The notes under the pieces: generated by a model | What the model saw: the letters and a program-made list of their open reading frames with translations, nothing else | Database searches by the model: none | What the model was told of the DNA's origin: nothing | DNA from: Phoronis australis | Taxonomy: Eukaryota; Animalia; Phoronida | Reading direction: 5' to 3' | Length of the DNA: 58,895 bases | NCBI GenBank assembly: GCA_002633005.1 | Contig: NMRA01000058.1 | Coordinates: 1,170,828-1,229,722, forward strand | Shown here: positions 47,772-58,895 of the stretch, in pieces | How the letters are laid out: every line of letters starts with the position of its first letter | How positions within the stretch are numbered: the stretch's first letter is position 1 | Position numbers and translations under genes: made by a program

Positions 47772-49632
47772 AGAGGTCGATTCACAGCTATTTAGATGTA
47801 GTTAATATGTATACACATGTGCTGACTGTTAATAAAAGTTGCTTATAAACCACATTTCTTTTTATTTCATGCCCCATATTCTTCAATTATTCGCGTAAAA
47901 CACGCTCCCACTTCCCCACAAAATTTCGAGAACAGAAAATGTTTAACTTCGGCTATCTTCGGAATCACGTCACGTCAGGAAGCGGGCCCGATCACTGCCG
48001 AGTCTGTCCATAGGTTTGTACTGGGACTATCTGGCACAAATGGAAGCTTTCTGTTTGTTAGAATGGGTTTATTATGCAACTTTTGCCAATTAATTCTCTG
48101 AAATGTGACACATATGCACATTGTCTTGTGCGTTGCCATAAACATTTCACAGTAGTTAGCAATGTGTCCTCAATAAAGTGTTCGAGTACAGCCGCACGTC
48201 TTTCGCACTGTCTGTCTACGCACGACGTATCACTATTGCTGTGTGGCAATTGGAATACTTGTTTCGACATAAAACATTTTTATACTTCAACTCGATTAAA
48301 AATTTGAATAACAATGCCGGACTGTTGTGTGATTGGAGGCTGTGACAATGTGTCAGGGTCTGGGTCACTCTGGGGTGTCATTACATAGGTTTCCCACTAA
48401 TCCCAGACTGCGTCGCAGGTGGGAAGACTTCGCGAGGTCCACGAGAAAATTTAGTTGAGCGTCGCCGTATTCGGTGATATGGAGTAAACATTTTTCTGCA
48501 GACTGTTTTCGAGGTCGACAGCCTGCAATCGCAGTATGGTTGGAAACCAAGGTAAGAAAATTTTAGATAATATTCAAAACTGTAGCTGTCGCTTTGCGGA
48601 AGCTAGTAGGCCTTGGGCCACACTAGTAAGCGAACAACATTACTAATGGCGTATAACATCGAACGACACTGTCGGAAGCCGCTTTTCTTTTGAATTACGA
48701 TTTTTGTAACATAATTGTGTGTAGTTGCTTGAATGCTACTTACCTGTCGTATTTTTGCAATTAAATAAACATTATGGGGATTAAATTAATTCGAGTGCGG
48801 GTGATTTTTAATGGTTTCGACCCCCTCTCTGTTCAGTAATTACTTAAAATAGAGATAAAATCAAAAATAAGCTTTTGTTATAAAATACAAATTGCAATCC
48901 ATAACCTACAACAAAACTTATCCCACCTTGCTTTCAACCTACGCAAATCAAGAAACGTAGGACAAAACGGCAAATAGTCTTGCATATCGCAGTTTATCCG
49001 TCTACCAGTCCCGATGTTTGAAATTGCTTTTTATTTAACTTGAAGTACCGGGTATTATAAATAAATCGAAAATAAACATATTCGCATTCAAACTCGCGGC
49101 ATTGTTTTTGTTTTCCATTTACCTAACATGATAAAACGTCTGAAGTTGTGCGGTCATTGTCTTCGGGATCCGCCGCTGTCTCTTCATCCAAAGCGACCGG
49201 GACACTTGCAGGCACTGGTTCGAACCTGCAGGGCCCGTTTATGTTGTCAAGAACACGCTCACGATGGTCGTTGTGCATATTGTCTGTGTCCGACGCTTCA
49301 TCGTCACAAAAGATTTTCTAAAATTTCCTCGTCGTTGGAAGGCTCGTCGCTAAAGCTTTCGTAATCCATGTTGGTTTCTGCCTTGTGTGACTGCGGTTTA
49401 CCAGCCGAGTTCATTCCTAGGACACAGTTGTCTTCCGGACTCGACATCACAGACGCTTATGTAACCGCCTAGTCTGTTTTCAGAATTGATTCGGCTGAAG
49501 TCGGAGAAGGTCATTACTGCTGGGCTTATCTAATTAATCACGCTGTGCGGACAGTAACTAGCCCAAGTAACGGGCTCCTGCAATGCTATTCTTTGAGTTG
49601 AAAAGCAGTTGTTTTGGTGTGAAACTGTGTCT
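47772..49632 (+). mobile_element. Non-autonomous Kolobok (THAP exon +, KolX-like exon -)
   Basis: TTAA|AGAGGTCGATTCACAGC ... GGTGTGAAACTGTGTCT|TTAA. THAP pseudo-exon 48314-48551 (MPDCCVIGGC..LHRFP..W..SKHF, then gtaag). Minus-strand MDYES...GPCRFEP exon 49369-49123, then gtaaat. Confidence 0.7.
47831..47836 (+). promoter_or_regulatory. Candidate polyadenylation signal of the TRIM-NHL gene
   Basis: First AATAAA I found after the stop codon, followed by T-rich sequence. Confidence 0.4.
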
Positions 49633-51599
49633 TTAAACTCCCGGAGATCCCACATCTCATCTGACGCCACTGATCGTTCCGGCAAGGAATGGCTTTGTAT
49701 CGGCTCTACTGTTCTACTTTGATTTGTAATGTACTGATGCAAGAGTACATGTGCCTTTTACAATCATTGTTCATTAGGTGGGTAAAAGTGGATAGATTAG
49801 ATGCATGATTCACAGTAGCATGCAGTCATTATGTTACTGCAGAAGCCATCACTTAATGGAGCGTTGTCGCTTTATTGTTGGATGGGAACTACTTTTCGAA
49901 TTCATGAGCTTCCACTAGAGCTATAAAGCCACAAAATCCGCTGTTTTGTGATTTCATTATAATTCACCAATTATCGCCTTTGTTTGGCAAACATTCTCTG
50001 AAGTCAAGTCGGTGTATTTACCATTTAAATATGCTTGAAACATTCTTCCTTTACAAAGCGGTTTTGCTCCTCCAGCGGCATAGCTTTAGGCTGCGACTGC
50101 GGGTATAACAGCAAAGGCTTGATATTGCAAAAATATTCTCTCCAATAATGTCCCTTTAACTGGTGTTTTCCTAAGGAATTGTAGTTGCATCATTTTGCAA
50201 TCTCTTCTAAAACACGCTTTAACACTTCCTCGAAAGTAGTCCGCCATGAGCGCATTCGTCCTCACACCGCTACCTGTAAAGCCCGCCTATGTGAGTTGAA
50301 AACTTTTCCAATCGTTTGTAAATGTAGTACCACTGTAGTATATACATGAAAGAAAATGGGTTATGTTCAAGAGTGTTTTAAAAGTTCTTCATATGTCGTT
50401 ACTTTCCTCTGCTTTCCTTAAACGGTTAGGAGCAATTTTTTTACTTTACTAACTTTCAACTTTTCCTTTCGAAATGCACGTATGTAATTCTTGTTTACAC
50501 AGAAAATGTTCCATTTTGTTGGTATTCAACGGGCGTGAACATGTCTTGTAGACCAGTTTAACTACAAACTATGTACTAAGGTAAATACACGCTTTATTTC
50601 AGTCAAACTACGAGTATTTTCCAGAACAATGTAACCAAGACGTATTCCCTGATCACTCTATTTCAGTACCACAACTACTTTTAAGAAACAATTGAATCTA
50701 ACTTGGGGTTAAATCATGTGAAATTTTAGTTTTGAATTTAATCCTAACAAAACGCAATGATGTTGACTAAAGCCGTGCTCAAGTGACTCTGACACTAAAG
50801 GGACATCACAATCAGTCAAACCATCTTTCAAAAATGAGGTACCGAAACATTTTAGAAGCCTTATTGGCCCACATGTTCCATTTAATATCTACTATTATTC
50901 TGTTAACATTGTTGGGTGCAAGTGCTTGTATTGTACATGTATATTGTGTGGAAATTAGATAATAATATCAGATAAAGAATTGCAAGCTTAAAAGTTAAAT
51001 TTTATTTTTTTGCAAAATATTATACTGCCAAATATAAGTTTGTCTGTCATTAGTTTTTGATCTGAGTTGTGAATAATAGCTACATGTATGTTGAAAAATA
51101 CGAAAAATTTTGACCGTTGACTGCAGGATGCTCTCTTTGTGGTTCAATAACTTTTGGTACTGCAGTGACAAGTAATTGATGTTGATGGGACTGTGATTTT
51201 TGTTCTGTGTTTTCTTCATTTAATGTGCACTGTTCGTTAGTTATCAAAAATGTTAACCAAACACACAGAAAATATTAATACGCCAAAACAACGTAATCAA
51301 AACTTATTGCCCTAAGATTCTATTTCAACACCACCAAATGTTCCTCAGTATGTAAGAATTAAGTCAACGGTAATTTAAGTCTTTTGTTTTAATCCCTACA
51401 AAACGCCATCTAACCTCCGGAAGTTGTGATTTATCATTTCTTCGAACCTAGTTATTCACGTGGCTGAATAAAAATATCTATCGTCTAAAAATGCCAGAGA
51501 AGTGATCTAACTTCGATCTTAGATGATTTAATACTGAAATGATATACATGTATACAAGCAGATGTGTTGCGATAAAGTGTAAGATTAAAAGTTAGATAA

Positions 51600-52330
51600 G
51601 ACTTGTACCTCTAGACACCATGAGGATGAAATCAAGCACCCAATGTTCCTAACTGTATTTTTACAGCTTGAAGCTGATCAATTTGAAACAATTTTGAAAC
51701 CTTGTTTGATACGTTAGGTGGTTGAAGCCAATAAGGTTTTTGATAAAAGGCAGGTTCTTGTCGGACACACCCTTTAGCATCGTAGAGATACAGTGTACAT
51801 GAGCCCAAGTTCTGAGTTTGCACTCCTTGTGGACACAATATGTATACAACACAGTTATAGCCAGAGAACCCAGAGGTATCCCTCTGCTAAATCTAAGCAG
51901 TTTCATTTGAAATTGCGACTTTTTGAAGTTTTCTCGAAACCTTTAAATACACACGAAGATTATTAGTTTGTCCTGGTGTTTGTAGGTGAATTAGTGCATG
52001 TTTATGTGGCGTTTTGAAGGATTCAGTACCCCGTGCAGACAATTTCCAACTGTCGTTTCCTCATTAGAAGTACAGCAAAAGCTTACTTTCCGCACTTCTT
52101 TAAGTTGGCGGCTCCAACCATAGATCATTTAGTTGCTTTGATTTTCACAACCAGTGCTGCAAAAACTGACTTGGCGACTTAAGAGCACAGGAAACGCGGA
52201 CCGAATCTCTGTTTAAAAATAACGCGCAGGAAAGTGTCTTTCCGGACACTGTAATGAGTGTTACGTTCTCTCAGTACATTTCTGACGTTAATCTCTTGGC
52301 GCAAAATCCTGTCGAAAATACAATCACACA
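51600..52330 (-). pseudogene. Possible decayed DIRS-type tyrosine recombinase
   Basis: Eroded AFAVLLMRK (first catalytic Arg region) and ..NLPF...HLTY..FQ..FKLI segments. Catalytic HxxR not preserved. Confidence 0.3.
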
Positions 52331-53449
52331 TGCCACGTTTTATTGGATATCGATATGCATTACGAGTAAACCAAGTGATGACACTTGCCATTCTTACGAT
52401 TGTCTTGGGTTTTGGAACATGCACCGGTGTTAAAGTTAAGATGTATCGAAATAGTATCAGATCGAGTTAATTCGGGGCGTTTACCCAGAAGCACGATTGT
52501 TTCTCTGAAATATCGTGATTTTACGACATTTTAATTAGAGTTTGAACGGAGACTTACGAAAAATTGAACGTTTTGTGGAATGCTCTGCGTAAAAACGGCA
52601 TGTTAGTGAAACAGGTCCTCCTGATTTTGAAATGTTTTATTACGTTAACAGCGATTTGTTTATGCCGTAATGTAATGGAATGTATGCGTCATAGCAACTG
52701 GTGTGGTGAGGGTAATTGTGGCAGTTGACACTGTCTGGCGTTTTAAATTTCGGAGAGCTGGCACTGTGATCGGGGATATCTCTGGATTATTCAGTCAGGG
52801 TCTTAAAATGAGGAGATAATTGAAACAGGTAAACACACAGATCTTTGATGGTCCAAAATGTTAGCTCAATGTTTTTAATTCATTCATAAGAGGAGGTGTT
52901 AATATATCTAATAAAACAATAAAACACGAAGAAAACCAACTTTTTCAGAATAAACTTAGATTTTTTCATGTTTACACTATTAAACCCTACTCAAACTTAC
53001 CACGATTGTCTGTAGTGGAGAGGGAATTCATAAGAATCGCGCACTTTGTGACAAGTTTCTGTAAATTGGTACAATGTTAGGAATAGGTGAAACATTTCTT
53101 AAAAGCCCTGCAAATAAACTGTGCTAACCCCCTGGTGGCCGCTACGCACAAAATCCAATATGGCCGCCGCCGAAAATGGAAATTGGCATATCTCGGCTAT
53201 TATCATCACCAGATCATGTTGTAAATCCATGTTTTCAATATTTTTGGGTGCATGAAGTTTATTTCTGATGTTAGTTTTATGCTTTGGGTCATTTAAATCT
53301 TTTCACACTTTCTCTGAACTGAAAATACCAAACGCCTGGCCCCGTGCATTGTCTCCGGATAGAAAATGCCAAACTCTTGTCCCCGCGCAGCTCTACTCTT
53401 GCATCTATTGGTTATATAATTTTTATTGGTTTGAATCAGGCTGTATATA

Positions 53450-55975
53450 ATGCTCAGAATAAAAAATGTCAATGGCGGTACCCTGATGAGGTCGGTGAAT
53501 CAAAAATGGTAGGGCTATGCTTCATGGGCATGCTTCACGTCGTAAACTGTTGGACGGATCTGGATGGGACCACATGTTCTCCCTAGACAATAACTTCACT
53601 CCTGGTGTTGCACCATCTCCTCCGGGTGGAAAGCGTGTCAAGAGTACCAGATATGCATACCAACTCACTCTGGCTTAATGAGTTAAAGAAACAGGCATAT
53701 GAGTACTGTCATGAAAGCTCTGGACATCTCAAAAGCTTTGATATGTGGGGAAAACGAGTCAGCAATGCTCCAACAGTTTGTTGCTGGAAAATAGAGACTA
53801 CCTGCTAATTAACTGTCGCTTCATTCGCGGTCAGAGATTGGGCAATTGGCCATAGATTTTAAAAGTCCATGTGAAGAATTGTGTCCATGGGTTTTTGCAT
53901 TTGAACATACGAATTACACACGATGGATGCCTTTTTTCTTGAGAGCCATAGCACAACTTCCACAGACTCACCCTTCAGTGCACGAAGATTTCATGGAAGG
54001 GAAATTTGTTGTTCAATGTAGTGACTGGAAATTTTCTGTGACCAGAGCCAAGAGCACAGTATGAAGTTCTTGAAGGAGGACAGAGGTGCAAAAGGACTCT
54101 AGAAGAACACAAGGAAATGATTGAGCTCTCAAGGTCAGAAGTGTTGAGGTTAATTGATGAGTTTGAGGATACATGCTTTTCAACATCAAGAAGCAATGAA
54201 ATCTAGAACATCCTGAGTCTTCTATTGCCGAACCAACAAAGTTTCTGAAGGACCTCTAAGCTTTATGCGACCTTGTGAAGGAAGAGTCTTCCATCCATTC
54301 AAGGAGACTGGCTCAGATCTCATTACCTTGGACAATGGTGAGATCATACATGTAGATCCTGAGATCATCAACTGCCATAGGGAAGCTCCGAACAGTGGTC
54401 AAACCAAATTCACAGACACTGTTACCAAACCATTGTCTGACATCATCCCAAGGACCAACTTGTTTACTTTCGCCAGCATACCACCCACTGATTTGAAAAA
54501 GAATATTGACAAGCTAGGATCTGCCAAAGCAAATTACGGCTGTCATCACCAAGATGTTTTTGTCACTCCAAGCACGTCGTGGAATAGAGATTGTGGAGTT
54601 TTCAAGTACGAGAATTCATCCAATCATTATGCGGTAGAGGTAAACTTCGGTCAGGACCATATCTGATATTTTTTTCATGTCTGCCTGGCATGCCCGTTCC
54701 TGGTCGTTCTCAAGCAGTCAAAGAAGTTTCTGTGGTTTTCGATGTGGCCGCCATAATACATATTATAAAACCCCAGCGTGCAAAAGTGTTTGGGGAGTAT
54801 ACACAGATGCAATTGCTACCACACGTGCAAAGCCAGATGCCAGAGAGCACAAGAAGAGTGGATGCAGTATAGAACACATACGGAGAGGATAGTCTGAAGT
54901 CATGGACTCGTGTGAAGCGTGGTGAGACTGAATTGCGACAAACACAGGTTTCGACTAAGATACCAATGACCAGGGGAACTCAGTGGCATACATTCCTCAA
55001 AAATTGTTAAAGCAAGGACGAGCTCTTCCAGTTCGACATCCAGGAACTTCTGGGAAACACAGCTGATTCACAGTACCAACTTCGTACAACAAATGCCGAC
55101 CCAATACTCAGCAACAAACAGACGTATCACCATTGTCTCCATGGCTACAGACAGAAGGTGGCACGAGGATAATGCTGCATTTGCAACATGCAACTGTTCA
55201 GGGTGAAATCAAGACTTACCTTAGGACAGTTGTCAGTGTCGCTGTGGTTCTAGCAGTCAGCTTCCTTCACACGCAAGGCCTCTCAGAGTTGTGGATTGGA
55301 TTTGCATCTGGAAAAACTATATGGATATTTCTATCCACTGAATCTGTCAAAACCTTGGGCGACAGAAATGTGAAGTCCTCCCACTCTTCCATGTACTGAC
55401 AGGTTGTGATGTCGTCTCAGCAATGTTCGGGATTGAAAAACGAAGTCCATGGAATGCTTGGGCTGCTTTCCCCGAGGTCACAACTACTTTTATTGCCATC
55501 ACTTACAACCCAACTACCCCTCACACTTGACTCGATTCTTTTACGACACGTTGAATGCTGAATAGTACTAAAGTACAGTAAAATCTGTGGGACACACCGT
55601 GTGAAGGACGCAGGAAAGCTTCTGTTCGCCCATGGCGTTAAAACTCTGAAATCACTACCACCAACACAGCATGCTTTATTCCAACATGCTAAGCGTTCCT
55701 TGCTCACTGCAGGTTTTGTTTGGAAACAGTCTCTTGCCAATAAAACCCCAGATACCAAACCCATGTCTATGGGATTGGAAATGGAATGCTAGAGCTACAA
55801 AATGGGTGCCATATTGGACAGATCTGAAAGATATAAGCCAAGCGTGTTCGCTACATCTCCATTGCAGCTGTGTTGTTGCCTGCAAAGGCAATTGTAAGTG
55901 CCACGGAGCTAGACTCGGCCGGTGTACCACAGTGTAGAAATGTGAAGGTGTCTGCACCCAGCTGCGACTCCTGAA
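53450..55975 (+). pseudogene. Academ transposase, 5'-deleted and frameshifted
   Basis: MGMLH, FAFEHTNYTRW, EGGTRIMLH (EADT-like), FHVLTGCDVVS, LPPTQHALFQHAKR and C-terminal CSC...CKGNCKC motifs. Confidence 0.85.
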
Positions 55976-56079
55976 CCTGACATTTCATCTGTCTCAATAT
56001 CTAGTTGTTTTGTAAGTATGCATACATAATACGAACTAGCAGCCAACAGTATTTCCTAGACAATTCTGTTCATTCAGTT

Positions 56080-57181
56080 TATTGAGACATATACACATGG
56101 CCATAGGCCCCAAGTATATCATGTACAAGACAGAACATTGTTAGGTGGCACGTTTCAAACCGGATAATACATTATGACGCTTGAGAGCGTGATGGACGAA
56201 TTTAATAAGTTGACTATCTGGAGTTCTCATGAGAGAATCAAATTTAGATGTCGTGGGAGAATGATAAAAACGATCACTTAAGTACTTAACCCGAAGGTCT
56301 TGGTACGCACTACAAACCAACACAACGTGATATTCGTACTCTACACACCCAGAATTACATAACTCACACAACCTGTTTTCATAGGGAATATTTGTGTGGC
56401 GACCTCTTCCCACTAGTAACGAATAATTTGAACATCGCAATCGAGTCAGAGACTGGATAAAAACACGTGGGATACCAACCATTTCTAGATAATTCTCAAG
56501 AAGATACATTGTTTTGTACCTCACATAGTAAGGCAGTTTTGCGTTACATTCGATATCAGATTGCCAACCTTGCAAATAACAGTCGTTGACACGTTGAGAA
56601 AAAACAGTCAAGAAATACGCTTGATTTACCACACCCTGATTAATCCATACATGTACTTCTGAAAAACCATACACAGACAGAAGCTTCCTTACAAAACTTG
56701 CCCAATTATAGGAGGATCTTCCGATCAGGTCTGACTGAAAAAGCATATCATATGCAGCTTTTACCCCACGATTACTAGGCATCTCCAATATTTTGAACCA
56801 GTATTTTATACAAGAAACAAAATATTTAGTAGACAATGGGAATCGACCACATTCTCCCATAATTGCCGAGTTTGAACAACAACTGCCTACTCCTAAAATG
56901 CGTTTACAAAACTTGACATGTACATGTACATTTTCCAATTGTTCATATTCCTTAAAGCCCCATATCTCAGCACCGTAACACAGAGAGGGGTAAACTATTT
57001 TATCGAACAAGTGAAAGGCTATTGACGGGGGCAGATCACGACATCTTCGCTTTAATTTACAAATTGCAGAGGCAGCTTTATTTGCTTGACTAGATAAGGC
57101 TTTCATGGCTTTGGTCCACGAAACTTTTGGAGTAATAAGTAGTCCAAGGTATTTGTAATGAGGCCCCACATCAACCAAGCT
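56080..57181 (-). mobile_element. 5'-truncated LINE (RTEX-like) inserted in the Academ
   Basis: Open 345-codon ORF2 tail (YKYLG...CYGAEIWG...RLCELC...EYHVVLVC) followed by AATAAA. 16-bp TSD TTC(T/C)GTTCATTCAGTT at 56064-56079 and 57182-57197. Confidence 0.85.
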
Positions 57182-57799
57182 TTCCGTTCATTCAGTTGCT
57201 AATAAAGTATCTATGTTTCTATGGTCTCAGTGCAGAAGTATTGTGACAGTCAGCTGGACAAGTCCTATTTTGTTCAAATCTGGTTTTGGAAAATGTTAAT
57301 TTTAGAATTTTGTGCGGTGAATCACATCGATATACCCATTAATTCAACAAAGTAACGATTACGAGGATAAACATAAATTTGGGTTATTTGTGAATGACAT
57401 TTGCTTTGAAAGTATCCGTTTTGCATAGCAGTTGACCCCAAGACATAAAACTAGCACCAGAAATAAGCTTCTCACCCCCCAAAATATTGAAAAGAAGATA
57501 TCACAATTTGTTCTAGCCTACATGTGCCAATTTCCATTTTTGGCGGCGGCCATATTGGATTTGGCGCGTAAAAACAACCAGGGAGTCAGCACACTTTGCG
57601 GTGTTTTTTGAATTTCCTTTGCTTATACTTAACAACGTACCAAATTGCAAAAACTTATCATAAAATGCCCACTTTTTGCAAATTTCTACATATTTCCTCC
57701 CCGCTACTGCTAGAGAATGCAGCTTTGGGATTTTTGTAACCTGGTCAATGATCATCATTTATTTCCAAATACTGATACCATACAAAAACCAACTGACTC

Positions 57800-58750
57800 G
57801 CCAAACTCGGGCGCATCAACTTTAAAGTGTCTCTAAGCTCTTCTTTTGTAAATGAATACATCACTTACGATAAAAACTGATTTCAACTTGGATATAACTC
57901 AGTTGAATGGGCTTTCCAGGTGGAGAAAGTGAAACCTCGCTATTGCTTCAGATCAAAGTCGTCGCATAAAGTCATATAATTGGCCACAAAGCTAGCTTGT
58001 CCAGCCTGATCTCAAACATGAACGTGCTCATCAGGTCAACTATCCTGTTCAAGCGTGCGACCAGTTTCATTGCGATTAGTCTTTGTTTCCTTTATTAAGT
58101 CGCAAAGCCAAGTTTCTTGGCTTTCCAAACAGAAGTTTCTTAGTATCGTTAAATTTATCAATCCAGTCTCTGGGAGATACATACCATGTATCTTCTTGGT
58201 GTTTTAATCATAACATACTGTAGGTGTCGCTGAAGAACCCGTTCTGTATCGATCAATGTCAATTACTGACCTAAATGCAAAGCACGCCATACTTGGACAG
58301 AAACTCTCTGCTCTGAAGAACCCGTGGGATCGTTATACGATATTTTTCTGACCAGGTGTTCAAATATCATTCTTTATCTACGTCCTCGTTCATTATTTCA
58401 ACTAGCGGTAAGATATACTCTTTTGTCTTGCTTTGTGTGATGTTTTTAGTCACCACCCGTGATTTTGATCTTGCAAACCTCTGGCACACTTAAGCCTGGC
58501 AGCCTGACAGATTTCTTCGAAAAGGTGGCTTGCTACTGAGACAGCTGAACAGCATTGCTTTTTGGTGCCCCTGGCGTCGTCTCATGCGGGTAAATGAAGC
58601 AAGTGATATAGGACTTTATCATTGTCTCGGGTAATCACTTTTCCGAATGACAAAGCATTGTGCTCGAGTCTGGTCAGATTCGACTTGAAACAGACTCATC
58701 GTCAACTCGGGACGAACATACAAGCACGTCTTTTAAAATCATACAACCGA
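57800..58750 (-). mobile_element. Decayed LINE 5' portion (ORF1 and start of endonuclease)
   Basis: QETWL endonuclease motif (~58105-58120) and WKAH..LY segment (~57895-57920), with ORF1-like remnants upstream. Many stops. Confidence 0.4.
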
Positions 58751-58895
58751 GAGCGTGTAATGAATTTGCTAGATTGTAAATGAGTATCGTTAATGCTCTT
58801 GACTAGAGAAAAGTCACGCCTACAGTGCTGATCGAATCCAACGTCCTATCGAACGCGGCTAGGCCGCGTCCGGATACGGGTTCCAAACCGCGGTT

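Larger units (their letters stand above)
53013..57706 (+). mobile_element. Academ DNA transposon (defective)
   Basis: TAGTGGAGAGG ... CCTCCCCGCTA termini. ~180-bp imperfect TIRs including AATCCAATATGGCCGCCGCC. 3-bp TSD CTG. Confidence 0.85.

Noticed and set aside
44570-50160. A single Kolobok carrying the TRIM-NHL gene as cargo
   Set aside because: No matching TIR pair enclosing the gene was found. The CCCT|TTAA end near 50154 does not match any left end upstream of the gene.

Overview
Eukaryotic (animal, probably lophotrochozoan/mollusc-like; this is an inference) genomic DNA: AT-rich, spliceosomal introns, nine single-N scaffold gaps. It is almost entirely a nested transposon graveyard. 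The only clearly intact host-type gene is a RING/B-box/B-box/coiled-coil/NHL (TRIM-NHL) E3 ligase at 45491-47437 with an uninterrupted coding region. Mobile elements include several THAP-bearing Kolobok elements, a decayed Gypsy LTR element, a piggyBac, CACTA/EnSpm remnants, Penelope and LINE fragments, two Academ elements, an ISL2EU-like THAP+SWIM relic, a ~12-kb intron-rich Harbinger (Myb/SANT gene plus HARBI1-type transposase) and many MITEs. The best finds are: (1) a young 537-bp miniature LTR retrotransposon (21980-22516) whose LTRs carry a tRNA-derived Pol III promoter; (2) recurrent TACATGTA micro-insertions that look like Tc1/mariner excision footprints; (3) a self-nested Harbinger; (4) a 17-bp P-element-like footprint with a matching empty site nearby; (5) a MITE family with 5-bp target duplications. 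All calls were made by eye, without database searches.
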